A stretch of DNA of 64,000 nucleotides from Yuukianura sp. NJ FZ-2021 (Eukaryota): assembly GCA_046563655.1 (NCBI GenBank), contig CM102287.1:8184001-8248000 (forward strand), in the 5' to 3' direction. Positions 24,050-38,023 of the stretch are shown one piece after another; the stretch's first letter is position 1; each line of letters begins with the position of its first letter. Under the pieces are notes generated by a model. It had not been told where the DNA came from. It did not search any database and saw only the letters and a list, made by a program, of their open reading frames with translations. Made by a program: the position numbers and the translations under genes.

Positions 24050-26420
24050 TCAGTTTCGTGTCCGCAAGAATCTGCGTAAGCTTCAGACTCCACCTTTTTT
24101 TAAGGTCGTTTCTATCTGGATTTTATTTTGTGTTCACTGATGATCATGAGCAGTGAAAGCGTGCGTACCATAAACACTGTTGATAAATCCCATTGAATGT
24201 CGTAGATTCCCTTTGGAGTTAACATTGTTCCTAGCGACATAAAGTAGAACCAAGAGAAGGCTAGAAAGTGATTCCGTGTCCCGGTTCCTCATTGTAATCT
24301 GGTAATAATGTCATCCATAAGCCACAACAGGGACATTCCGTTGCCTCTCCCTCGCAAGAATTATTGGTTCCTTACAATTCCAAATCTCTCAAATAAACCT
24401 CTCTCCTCCGTAAGAAGGAATTCACATGTTGGAGCTTGGGTTTTGGAACAAGTAATTCTCCGAATTTTCAACCTGACAAGCCTCAACAATTTATTGCAAT
24501 TTCCTCCACATCCCTACACATCTTCAAGGGCAGTCTCACACAATATAGTACAAAAGATCCGAAAAAGACGAGCCTTTATTAGCATTTCCCCCTCCAAAGC
24601 TACGACTCCGACTCCAGGAATTCCAGAATTGTGCTAATAATAACACATCTTTATAAAAATCCTAGCTGAAATAAGCTATTTTTCCAAAATTTTTATAAAT
24701 TTATGTTCCGAAGGCTCGGCAGTTAAGCTGGCTGGGCTAGTTTACCTCAGGTTAGGCTAGTTAGGACCAAAAAGTTTTAGAACTCGACTGTTAGTTTTAG
24801 TATATGAAAAGAAATTGAGTCGTAAGTTAGATTTTGGAAGTGAGAAGTCTTTGAACATTGGGAATTCTTAACAATCAAGGTGTGACTTCAACTGTTCCTG
24901 AATGAAAAATTAAAAACAACTCCGCCCGATTCAACGAATTCCAAATATGGCTCAAGTATTTTTTTGGACAAGTGATGCTGATTGGATCTTGATTTCAAAA
25001 TACTTTATCATAATATACAAAACCTTGCAACAAGCCTAAAAACTCCCAACTATAACCAATTTTTAGCGCTAATTACAAAATTCTCTCAGCGTTTTATAAA
25101 AAGTTACATAAATTTTACACATCATTTTTCAAAAAAAAAAAATTTGCAGCTTCTTTATTTTCTTTTCATCCCAAAAGATCCGAATGAAGAGAGTTCTTTG
25201 TCTTAACTTTTTGAGAAACAAGTTAAAAAAATAAAAAATCTTATAATTTAAGTTGTGTGACTTCTTTTTTCGAAAAAGAGATTCAAAAAATGGTTTTTGG
25301 TGATGGGCGGAGTGTGTTTTGGGGAAATGATTTAAGAGTGCCTGGAACAGAGAACTTGACAACAAAGTTTGGGAAAAGCAGCGTTTATTTTCATTTTCCT
25401 TTTCTAAAAATGTTTTTAAAAGCTATGCAGTGAAGCGGAACGTGTTCGAAGAAGCTTTATTTAAACGATTCGTGAAGAACCTTCACAATGCAAAATGAGG
25501 ATGATTTCTTTAGGGTTTTTACGGGTTTTGGGGATTTTCTAAAACCTTTGAGATGTTGGAACCTCCTTCAACGGGTAATAAATGTTAAAGTTTACGTAGA
25601 AACATAATGGCAGGTTACATTGGCCATGCCTTACGTTAAGTTAGCCTTCTCCCTTCCTTTGGTCGTCACCCACCGTTAACTTCTAAGTTTCTCCCCGGCT
25701 CCCGATTGATCTCAAAAAGAAACAGTCCAGATGAAATACAATGTGTCAAACCCACGACGCTTCCAGAAGAAGCCTAACGCCTGAACTTTTCCAAATTCTT
25801 CCCTCCCTGACTCAAACTAACGATGAAACAAAACAGTCAAGTGTATAAATTAACTTTGGACAAAGAGAAAGCTCGTGCTTTCACCAAAGATCGATTCCCG
25901 CTTCCTTTCTCTTTTTTTTTTCTCAAATGCATTTTATAGTTACTCCCTCGAGAAAGTGCGTTTTTCATAACTTTAAGTGAACCCATCCTTACACTTTATG
26001 AATTGTAAAAAATTTTCTTCAGATTTTGTTTTTAGTCGTATCGAAATTTTGAAAACAATTTCAGCCCCCATTCCAAGATTTTGAAGCAATTTTGGAGAAA
26101 ATTGGTAGCATTAAATTTCATTTTGAAGAAAATTAGTTTTGAAAACGAGGGCTCAGAAGAGAGATGAAATGTAAACAATGAAAAATGGATTTCTAAATTG
26201 ACGTGTATGATGAATTTCGAAAAAGAGAGGAGCTCGTTGTTCTTTTCTAAAATTTTGAAACTGAACAAAAACTTTAGAAGAGGAGGGGGAGGAAGAAGGG
26301 ATTGAATTAAATTCAATTTCATGTCCATTTAATGCACCAATTTCTTTCTGTAGAAACCAAATTAAGACTTGAGTCATTGGTCGTTTCTTTCCAAACGCCC
26401 CTCACTTTCTCATTCAAAAT

Positions 26421-26464
26421 GAACAAAAATTGAACATTTCAAGAACAGAAATTGAACATTTCAA
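26421..26464 (+). repeat. 22-bp tandem duplication
   Basis: GAACA(A/G)AAATTGAACATTTCAA twice. Confidence 0.8.
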
Positions 26465-29400
26465 AATAACTTGTGTTGTTACTTTGTGACTAAGGTTTGG
26501 TTAGAGCTCAGCAAAGCAGAGGAGAAATTGAAATCGTTTGGCACATCAGGCGGTCTCCCTCATGACAAGCCATAACCCTAAAAATTTCTAAATAAATTTA
26601 GCCTAAAACCTAAACCAAGTTAGGCTAAAGATGAAGTTAACCTAAAAGAAGAAGTTAGGGACAAAGTTAAGTTATTCCTGGAGCAAGCGACGGCTGCTGC
26701 TGCTGCTTTACCAGAATATGAAGCCATTACATCTAATTTCTTTGCCTAAAGCTCTTACATGACTTTACGTCCTTTATGGCCTTCCGAAGGTGAGATCCCG
26801 GGGATTAAGGCTCAAGCACGAGGCAGGGCCCTTCGGCAGAAACCATTTTCTGAAACTTACTTTTTCAGGTTAGATTTTGGACTTAACTAACTGCAAGGGT
26901 CCCCCTCGGAGGGCCCCTTAAGGCTCCATTCCTACTGTCACAAATAAATTTTGGGTAAGAAATGTTCCTCCATTCACAACCATTATCCCCACAGTTCACA
27001 ACCATTTTTTAAACGAAAAGAAAAATTTAAAAAAAACCCAAAGCTTAGTTGGCTGTGGGACGCACCCTTAAGGGTCCCTTTTCAAACTAACGGCACTTTT
27101 TCTTGCTAACAAAATTAAAACACAAACTATTTTTTTAAAAAGCTGGGGAAAATTGCATTAAAAACCGACGAAGAGTGAATTCTGTCGAAAATTCGAAAAT
27201 TTTGCTGCTTTGATTAGTTAGAGGTAGCCGCCGTCCGGTAGTTTTTCAGCAGCAGTGAAAGCTGAAATTCAAATTTTGGAAAGTTCGGCAACGGGTTCGC
27301 TTGAAAAATCGATTCTAGAAAAGTCCATAAGTTGCAATTTAAATTCTTTGCACTCGATCAAGTGTTACGAGTCTTTTGGGAGAGTTTTCTCCGTGCTTTC
27401 CTCATATGACGCTGCCCTAGCGTAGTTTTACAGTAGAAACTTTTGCCTGATTTTGTTTCCTGTGCAACCTTCAGAGTCATTGCCATTTCGAAAAAGAAGA
27501 GAGAAAGTCAGGAGAAAATGGTAGAAATCGAAAGTAAAATAAAAATAAAATATTTCCCATTTCCTCTAGCTGCTCCTGGTCCAGGTTTTCTCTGGAACTT
27601 GCCTGCTTTTCTTTCCATTCGAAATGTCTCTGATGTCCAATATTTTCCTTATGGGAACGACTTTCCGAGCTGGCACGTCCTTCCTCCTTCGAAATGACTA
27701 CATTTATTATTATACGGATTTCTATACGACCATTTTCTTTTTTAGACATTGCCAATCTCTCCTACAACAGCAACCTATCCAACTTTCACGTATTTTCTAG
27801 TAGGAGCTTATCGAAATCCATGACTCAGATTTCCTGAACCGAAATTTTGCGATTAATCTTGTTCTGGCACGAAAATCATCTTTTCGGATTCCGGAAGGAA
27901 CTCAAACGTTTTTTACTTTCTTGGACAAATTGCAAAAATGGACCAATTGGATTTGGAAATCCAGCAGACTCAGATCGGATCTTGTGTCTCCTGGGACAAA
28001 ACGTTTTGTACCCGGAAAAGTCGAATGTTGAAGATTGACTTTTCCCGGGTAAAGTAAAGTTTTGGGAGAACCTAGGATGCATCCAAACGACAACTTTATC
28101 ATAAGACTTCAAATGCTTTTATTGTCTTTTCCCCCAAACCTCTGCAATTTCAGGCATTGAAGGACATAAAATCCGCACATGTCTCATCTCCTCAACCCCT
28201 TCAGTCTCCACAGATTTCACACTTTCAGGAAACATCTCTGCAGTTCAGGCTGAAACAACTCAGGATTTCATTTCATCCCCCCTGAGTAAGCTTTGGGTGA
28301 GGTAGGGAATAGCTTAACATAACCTTCAAGTCAATCCTAACTTCAATTTATACAAAGATTTGCTTTCACATTTCGAATTTTGAAACTCAAATTTCTTCTT
28401 AACGACGTGACCCTCGAAAAACAAAATTTTGCAAACCCGTTCTAGATTATTCAGGTTGTAGCATTTTTAACTTTAGCAGAAGTCAACTGTAACATAAGAC
28501 GTGGTTTTGAAACAAAAATTTATGAAATCGCAATTTTGAAAACAGATTTGAACTGATTTTGAACCCTGAGAATCAATGATGAACCAAAAATTTTTGAAAA
28601 TGAACCCGAGAATGAAGTAATTTGAACAGTTAAACTGATTGCGTGCTTTAGCGAAGTTGTTTTTTAAGTTTTTGTTAAAATTGTTTTCACTTCATTAAAC
28701 CTGAAGCCTATCTCTACAAATCATGTTCCCTTAATGAGCCTTCCCCTTCTTAAAAGATGAGGATTGTGGAGATGACGGGTTGTTTTAAATTGGATGTTTT
28801 TGAAGTGTCATTAGGAAGAGCAAGAAAGATGCATTACAGATGAACATAACAAACAATGTCTTCCTTGCTCAGCTCCCTTCTGCCTGAAGCTTAACAATGG
28901 CAAGGGGGAGATGACAAGGGGAATCGGCCATTTTCAAGAAATTTCAGTCCTCCCTCCATTACAATTATCATTTAGGTTCACAATTTTCAAACTGTGAGAA
29001 ACTGCAAAATTTTTAAACTTTTCACTGCTCCTTGGAATACTAAAAGATTCCGAGTTTTCACAAAAAAAAATTTTGGTAATAACGAGCATAAATTAGCAAT
29101 AAATCATCCTTTTCATCTCTCATCAAAAATTCTGTTTGCATCTTTACGACTAATTATGCGTTTTACAAGAATCAAGTTTTACAAGAAGTAGATTTTTCCT
29201 CGTTTTTATACACAAAAGCTCGCACAGATTGTAGAATCAAAAAGAACTCTGACAAGAAAAATCCTGCCTAATGCTGAGTTCAAACAAAACGACCACTTTT
29301 TTTGAAAACTGAAAATGTCTGAGAAAAGTAGAAAAAAATGGAATTAAGAAATAAATTAAGGAATGAGAAAAACGAAAACCCAAAATTCAAAATCCGCCCA

Positions 29401-32400
29401 TTTTCAAAAACTTTCGAAACTGAAAATTATAGGTTCCTTTTCTTGCCGACAAATCCGGGCTCAGAGGCGTAAATTACAGGGTTTACGTTAGGTTTGGTTG
29501 GATTAGGTTTGTCTAAGCATTTTTCTGAAGAAATTGAGCTTCTGACTCCGATACGGCCCTGACGGAGTAGCGGCGGTTGTTAGATCGGTAATAAATTAGA
29601 AGATCATGGGAGACGGCATTGGCAGAAGGAAGTGGGAAAGACTGCGGGATCTCTTCTAAAGATTGTTGAGTCATAATCATAACTTTCCAAAATTTCTACT
29701 GTTGGAAACTTTTGCGTCTAATCATCTGAAACGACGAGTTTCACCTCGTCGTAGGAGCCAAGTTGGACTCCTAGAGGCACTCATGAGTCGGAAGGGAATG
29801 ATCCTCAGAGTCAGAGAAGAAAACAATAAAGAATAGTTTATGAACATAATTTCAAATTTTGGAAACTTCTGCGGTCGACATTTTCAGCACTTGGGAAACG
29901 ACTTATGACATTTAATAAAAGACTTTCTCCGAAAGAGAAAGTTTGAAACATTTGGCTTCTCAGGGACGAAAATTTTGGCAATTGTCAAACCTTGAGTAGA
30001 AAGCAATGAAATGAGAAACTTATAAAGTTAAAATACAATTAAGTTTAGTTAGTGTTAAAACTAAGTTTAATTAAAAATTAATGATTAATAGGTTAGGTTT
30101 GAATCGACATTTTTAGTGGGAGTTAACAAGCAAAACGTCGGATGTTTAGAATCAAAATATTGAACTGGGCATGACTATTTCATAAGTTTTGCATTTCATG
30201 GCTACTTTGTTCAAAAATTTCACGGTTAGCATCATAAAAAGAAATTCAGTGTTATTTTTCACCTTGAGGATGCGTTTGTCAACTATTCGACAAAAATTTC
30301 TGTCCTTTGCAATTAGTGCCACAGTTTAGAAGCAAAATCGAAACATGAAAAGCGTATCGTCTTTAAAAAGTATTTCTAGCCTTTTTTAGTTTGAAAAAGA
30401 AAACTTTTAAAGTTTTATGAACTTTTGAACTTTCTCTTTATAAATTGTGTTATAACAAAAAGTTTACCTTGGGGAATTGAGCTGAAGATGAAAAACTTAG
30501 AAACTTTTTCTTTCCCTTTTGTTATACACAACTTTTCAAAATGAAACGCAGGAGAGGAATGAGGAAGGGGGACTTTACAAAAAGTTTTTAGTTTACGTAT
30601 TTCGAAAAACTTAAAATATTAGACTCGTTCAAACCCCCATTCTTGTCTATGAATAAAACTTTAAGGGCTCCTTAATTACAAAAGTCTGACATTCGGATAG
30701 CCATAGCTCCTTCCAGGAAGAACGAAGATTAACCTTTAGTCTTTTCAGAAACCCTAACTTCCACTTTCTTTCTCCAAAAAGTGCTTTCTCCTGTCTAAAA
30801 CTTGCCTGTGCCTCTGCATATGTGAGGAGATGGTGCAGGATTCTGGAGGATCTGAAACTTTGTCTGGAAACATTAAAATAATGGCCCTTGCGCCCTAACT
30901 TTCTTTTCTACTTTCTTTCTAGCCATTTCCGTCGGATTAAATTTCTTCAACCTCCTATCTTCTCCTCTCATGACTATTTCTCCACTTTCAGTCGCAATTT
31001 CAATTTAGTTGATTTCCAATTTCGTGCCAAAACTTCCATGTTTGAAAAAATTCATTCCTTGTTCTCAGAATCGACTATTGTGCAATATTTATGTTCAAAA
31101 AGAGTAACAGCAACGAGCTTGAAGAATTTCTCAAATTGGCAGCGTTTAGTGTCGCTAAATGCCAGTTATGACGAGTTATCGCGGTTTTTCAATTATGACG
31201 AGTTATGAAAACGACGAGCCCGTTTATGATATGAGCTTCATGTTTTGTTCGAGGTTTGGAAATTCTGGCGTAATTTTGTTTGGTACTTGGATTTGGGTCG
31301 ATTCCAAAATTTTGAAAAGCTCTGGGCGTTTCGTTTTTCGAAAAGAGTGGAAGCGTAAGAATCAGTGTTTGAATATTAACGAGTTTTTGCAAAGTAAGAT
31401 GGTTAGTGGAGCGTATGGGAAAAATAGGAATGGTGATGACCTGGGTGGTTGTTAGAGCCTTAGTGGAAGGATGTAGTGAAAGTGCGGGGGCGGGGGAGCC
31501 CTTGGAGTTCCATTTCGTCGTGAGGTTCATTTTAATGGAAGTCTCCACTTTCGCTGGAAGTGGGTACTTGAGGGCTCTCCTGGTGGAAGTGGATCATTTC
31601 GTTAGTGAGTTAGCTGGAGGTCTGGGGATACTTTTCCCTTCGGAGCTGGAAGTGGTCGTTGGGGGGAAGGAGAAAGGAGCTAATTCCATTTGGAAGGAGT
31701 AGTACATGTTTATGGATATGAGTATGGCACTTGGCTCGGGGTAGTTTCCAGCGTTCCAGCCAGGGTCTAAGTTCCAGCGATTCTCCAGCAGCGTCGAGGA
31801 TATTAAACATAAAGACGAGAGCAGGGGCCCATTTCGAATGTTTGTGGAGGAAATCCAACTTATCTTTTATAATAATGGAACCCTTAGTATGCATGGAAAC
31901 TACCACTTTCTACTCCTACTCCCCACCAACACGCCTCTTTTTTAGCCAAAACCACTTTCACCAGTGTCCTCTCCAGCATCCAAAACCGAAGCGCCAAAAA
32001 TTATTTCAAATTCATCCAAAAACAATATTTGACTTGGTTTTTAAAATTTTGATTCTCAGGGGATTTCAAAAAGTTTTCGGAAACGCCGGACTGAGTTTTA
32101 AAAAGTTTAATCCACCAAAAAATTCATCTATACATCTTCCAGGTCGAAAAATGGAACTCTTGAGTTGGTTTTTCATGATTTTCAATTTATGGAAACGCTT
32201 ACTTACTAATTTCAAACATAATTTTAAAAAAAATTCTTGGGTGAAAGGTACTTATACAAGCATCTTATTGAAAACTTTCTCTTTTTTTTTCAAATCGGGT
32301 TGCGAATGCTTTTTTTTTTTGAAAAAATTGAAATCGTCATTTTCCTCATGTTCAAACAGTTTTATTTCAAAAACAGAATGGCCTCAGCCCAAAAGTCTCG

Positions 32401-35400
32401 TTTTTCCTCTACTCGACAATTTCTCGCTCCGACAAGAAAACTCAATCGTATCACTTCAAATCTCGCTTTCTCCAGGTACTCCGCCCTTAGCAAACTTCCG
32501 CCATGACGCTTTCTCCTCCTCCCCGCCCCCACTTTTTGCTTCATCTTACTCCCCTGTTATCTTGCCTAACCCCCCCCCCTCTCATCCAGCACCAGCAGCA
32601 CCTAGAAGCCTATCGCTGCTGCAGGAAGTGAAAGTATTATGAGCTCCTTGAGAATCTTCCCATGGCCCACTCAAAATCCATTTCCAAACGTTCCTTACCC
32701 GCCCATTTCTCTCACGTCTGAAGAGCCTCTTCTGCAATGGAGAAAGTTATGGCAACGGGCTCTTTTATGTCCTTTCTTCCGGCAATTCGGAATTTGGAGA
32801 TAGGCCAAATGCCCGCTTTTCCCTGCGCTCCATGTTTAGAGCCTCTTTAGAGTTCATGACATTGGGACAAGTATGGGTTTAGGCAGTCAAATGTATGATT
32901 TTCACACAAATCCCTTATGCTTTATTTTGGCCACTGGGAACGACAATGTAACATTCAGCATTGTTAGCGTTTCAGATTAACAAAAGAGTTCGGATTTTGA
33001 AATTTCCAGTTTGAAATTTTCAAAATCTAACCAAAAGTTGAGCTAATCATGACAACCCGGGTTGAGTTTGAATAGTTTCGATAAGTTAGGTTTACTACGC
33101 TGTTGGAAACCATGAAGAGTAGGAACCTAGCCTAACTTTTGTGTCATAAATGTGTAGTATAATATTCGGTTATGAGTAGGGATTTGCATAAAATGTCCCA
33201 TCTGTTGTGGCTCATTTCCAGAAATTGGCAACTTGAGCAGCATTTGTTCTACCTCTGAAACTCCGTCCAGGATCTGAACTCACTCCCAAATATCCCTGCT
33301 GGTTCAGATGACGCTCCACCAGAAGTCGTTTCCCTCTCGTAACGAGACTTTCTGCACATGAAATTTTGAAATTTAGTTTGAAAATTCCAGGATTAAATCG
33401 AATTTTCCTGGAGACTAGAAAAAGCGTTCCTTGCTCTCTTCCAGCAGAGAAAACGACTTCGGAGGACTTAGAAAGTACACAGCAGTTTGGGTCATTTGGT
33501 TGAAATTGGTATGGAGGGAACAGTGTGACTTAATGGACAATTAGCGTCGCATAAATTACACTTTGCAAAGTCCATTACTCCAAAATGGTCTCCTCTGCGC
33601 GTCTTCTTTTTACAAATTCTAATCCTGCCTGTGCTGGAGCCATGCGCCTATAAGTTGGAAAAACGACGCAATTTCAAGAAAAGAAAGGATATTGGACGTT
33701 GTAGAACGTGGAGTTTCTTCCAGGAGAAAGTCTTCCATTAGGTTAGATTGCTTAGTGCAAGTCCAAAGTCGCATTAGGTAAGATTAGTCTAAGAACCTTT
33801 AGTCTTTTCTTGCTCAGAGAAATAGGCTAAGCCTAACGTTAGACAATAGCCTAACCTAACGGAAAACCTAACGTAACGGAATCCTAAGGGCTCAAAATGG
33901 GTAGGAAAGGCTCTAAACCTCCATATTTCCATACCATTTTACAATGGTTGAGCATAGTACTACTCCAGAAGTGCTCTCGAAGGACTTTGGATTCTACTGG
34001 AAAGATCTCTAGACTCAACAAAATGGAGGCTTCCAATTCAAATGACAAAATTTAGAGAGCCTGTAATTCTAAAAGTCTAAAGCTTACAGAAAAAAAGTTG
34101 GTCTGGAAACTCGTTTTTTCTGTTCAAGAGTGAAAGTGGATCTCATTTCAAAAAGAAAGTTGGCAACCCACCATCACTCATTGGATAACTTTCTCTTGAA
34201 TTATTTTATGTCCATAGCCTTTAACTTTTGGCCAAAACCACACTAAACTGCTGACGTTCTTTTTTCTGACATTTCGCAACCCAATTTTAGAAAAATGGCG
34301 AACCATAAATTGAACCGCTTAAAATTTCTGCCAAAAACTTCAAACTTCGCTTAAGTGCTTTCACTTGCATTTACAAGCAAACGTGTTTGGAAAATGCGAT
34401 CTCAGTATTAAAGGCTCGAGAAAAACCAATTCTTTACGAGAACTAAAACTGTTCCAAAATTCAGTTTGTTTTGAAATTTTTGAAAAAATTTTTCCACGGA
34501 ATGTTTCAATTTTGGAAATTGTTCCGACCGTAATTGAACAGAGTGTTGTCAATGTTGTGTCAAAACTTTTCGTGACCTGTTAAAGCGACTTTCGGCCGAA
34601 AGTGAGAAAGTAATGAAAGTTTGAGTTCCAGAAAACTGGAATCAGTGCAGGCGTAAAAGTGGTAGACTTTTAGTATTTGGGTAAAATCTTAAAGTTGACC
34701 ATTTCATGATGATCTGATAGTGACAGGGAGTCATAAAACAATGATGAGAGACCATAAAAAATGAGACAAGGGAGATAAACCTCATTTTCCGACTGTTCTG
34801 ACGAACAGCCTCACCCCCCAAGGAAACGAAAGTAGCATTTCTTTTTAAAGAAAACGAGAGAAAGTTCCGTTTTGGAGAAAATGAACGAAGAAAGTTGGGG
34901 TTTCTAGAACTCAAAAAAAGTTGGATTTCGTTTCTGTGCTTTCCTTGGTCAATCTCACCAAAAGAAAGTTAGGCTCCAGAGAAAAGCGGAGTAGGAGAGG
35001 TTTCGTCCATAATAAATTTCCTGACTACACTTTTCCCATTATAAAATTTCAATGGGAAAGTTTTTCTGGACTCGGAGCAGTCGGTCTGCCGCTTCCTTTT
35101 GAACCGACAAAAGACCTGGAAGTTGAAGTCTCTTAAATTAGTTTGAGAAGTTCCTAACAAGACATGCGTCAATTACTTTCCAAGGAATCGCCCATTTTGG
35201 ATCTTGTATTACAAGACATATGTTGCCCAATCAGAGTCGGAGTTTCAGCCGCTAAGGAAAAAAAACTGAACTAAAAATTTGAAGTGAATAGAGTTGCTCC
35301 AAAATGTTCTGAAAAACGCTAGCTCACTGCCAACTGGCAGTCACCATTTTCCGGTTTCGCTTCACTAACATTTTTTGAAACAAATTACTTACGTTACGGT

Positions 35401-36343
35401 TTGAACTTTAATCTTTTCCGTCCGTTCAGCCGATTTAAACAAGTTAGAGTCAGCACTGAACGACTGTTTTCGAAATTAGAACTTCAAAAATCAAAATTGA
35501 AATTTTGAAAATACCAATTTTGAATGTATTTTCAACAACTCATGAAATCGGCAACAAATCCCAACTAGAATGTTATTGCAAAATTTTGAAATCCATAAGA
35601 CAATTTTTCTTTAACCGTCTTTCATACGAAGCACGTTTTTTTTTGTTTTATTGCACAGTAACGCGTTTTTTTAAAATTTTTTCGAGAAATTAAAAAGAAA
35701 CGATTCATTTTGCTTTTGATTTTCCCTGAATGAAAAGAACGCTTAGAATTACGTAACTTTGGAAGAGATGATCAATCCATAAAAATTTACCACACAAGCT
35801 ACAATTCAATCTTGAACCTCCAAGCCCATTTTGAGCAGCATCCATCCAAACCAACTTTCCTTTGCACTTGGAATCGTAAAAGTTGAATCCAAAAGACAAA
35901 ACGTGGCCTTCAGCATCACATTTCCACCAAAACCAGTCTAACAATTTAATTGCCCATAATAATTAACCATAAAATTGTTCAAGCACAATGATACTTTATA
36001 AACTGAATGTGTAGGAGACACGAATTTTTCCAAATGGTAGTTTTCTCAACATGGGGGGAAACGAGATCCGTTTGGAGTCAAACAGAATCAAATGACCTGC
36101 TTAGTATTACTTAAAGCACATAAATTGGGTTCCATAATGCTAACTCCTTCGATCCTAATCTTTATGTTTCATTTCAAGAACTTTTTAGAACAAGTTCACA
36201 CGCAATTGAAACGACGGTCGTCATTTCAAATGTGAATCCAATTCTCAAGTAGCACTAAACTTATGAAATCGTTTTAAAAATTGCTGAAACTGAACATGAT
36301 ATGGTTGGTTTTGAGTTAAAAAGTGGCTTATTTTATATTTCAG

Positions 36344-36404
36344 GGGTCACGGCAGAGGTCAAGTTCAAAAGGCCAGTCATAAATCAAGCAAGACATTTTG
36401 ACAG
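36344..36404. promoter_or_regulatory. candidate intronic enhancer: nuclear-receptor half-sites, Exd-Hox site and Hth site
   Basis: GGGTCA at 36344, AGGTCA at 36356, AGTTCA at 36362. TGATTTATGAC on the minus strand at 36386-36376. TGACAG at 36399-36404. Confidence 0.45.
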
Positions 36405-38023
36405 ACTCAAAGTCTTCCTTTGAAAACGAAAGGAAATTGGAGTCCCTTGTTCAAAGATACGCAGACTTGAATGTAGCCATAAATTGAGGCAGAGGACTCA
36501 CCTTCCAAGGAAAGACAAAAAGTTAGCCTGTCCATAAGGGAGGGGACACTTTTATACACGCTGGAGAACTCTTTGGACAGTCGTGACATGTCAAATCAAA
36601 ATCTCCCTCATCGTTGTTTGATGTTTTCAAACAAGTTTGGAAAAAAAAAGTAAACAATTCTGTGTACAAGTTCTAACAACGAAAAAAGACATTTTGAGCC
36701 GTTTTTATATTGTATGGGGGCGGGGAAACATGTTTGGTTATTATGGTGGTTAAGAGCGTTAAGCCTTTGCAGATTCATAGCGGAATGAAATCTTAATGCG
36801 AATTGGAGGATCGTAAAGTTAGGTCTTGGAGAAGTGTTAAAGCGAAGACCTAGAGCCATTTACGTCCGTAATTTTTAATTAAATGATACTTGGCATGAGC
36901 AGGCCCAATAAAACACGCCCTGCAGCATACGAATGAAACAACAACTTTTTAGTGTTGCACGATTCCTGGGTTTAACGTTTGGTGTTAACGTTTGCGTCGG
37001 AGTTACAAATATTGAAACAAGTCCAGGTGACTAACATGTTTAGTAAATACGTAGGTGACATAAACTTCAAAACAAAAATGTGAAAAAAAGTCAACAGCTG
37101 TTTTTGTTTAGTCCAAATCGAAATTTCAACCAAAAAGAAAAAATTGTTTGTTTTTTGCTAAGTTTTAACGCCGGTTAGAGTTTTGCTTGAAATTGTGATA
37201 GAAAATTTTTAACTTCGAAAACAGTTTTGTTGGAATATCTTGTTTGGAGAAAGTTGAAAAGAAAAATTCATTCAACAATCAATAAATTGCGTGTTTTTTA
37301 AATTTGAATTTTGGCAGAGTTGCATTGGTTTACAAGTTTTGAGTTGAATACGGATTGTATATTTGGAAATTTCGAAATTGGATTTAGCTAAATAATGGGA
37401 GATTATTTTTCAAAGTTGACTGTGTTAGGATTTTCCATTTGCCAATCCGATTTAATGAACCATTTGTTTACTAGACATGATTTTTAAGTTGTGTCAGACG
37501 GAGATTTGGAGTCATAATTCCTTCCAACTGGAAATTGAAAATAGTGAACACTGGTGGATGGTGGTAGTAACCAAGATTACTGGAAATGAGCAAATACATA
37601 TTCTTCACAGCAAATCTTTCTACTTCAAATCCCAAATGGAAACCACAAAAATTAATGGAAAATGGCAACGGGCCAAATCCGATTCACTTTTCTTCAAACG
37701 AAGGAGGTTCAACAAATTCAAAAGTTCCATTCGTGTACAATACTCTTTTGCAGCAAAAATACAAATTCCGAAAGTCTATTCGCCTCAAAAATCGAGTGCC
37801 AATTTTCATCAAAGTTGAACATAAAACAGACCTAACAACTTTATGATTTTTAGGATCCAAAAGTACTGGAAGGTGGAAGGAATTGTTCCGAAGTCGGAGC
37901 TGAAACGACCAGATCCGACTCCAAATCAAATCCAAGCAAGAGTCAAAGAGTTCGGTTTGAAGTGAGTTTCAAAATTTGAATTTTCAACTTTTTTTTTAAA
38001 TCTGAACTAAAATTTGAGCTTAC

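Noticed and set aside
26861..26890. Possible 30-nt cassette exon (CAG|...|GTAAGT, minus strand) in intron 1
   Set aside because: In-frame stop in phase 1 and a weak acceptor. No evidence it is used.
29731..29752. ACGACGAG-TTTCAC-CTCGTCGT hairpin
   Set aside because: An 8-bp stem is too short for a miRNA and could occur by chance.
31731..32642. 303-aa plus-strand ORF inside abd-A intron 1
   Set aside because: TTG start, no recognisable domain, and F/K/S-rich composition reflecting A/T runs. Most likely a chance ORF.
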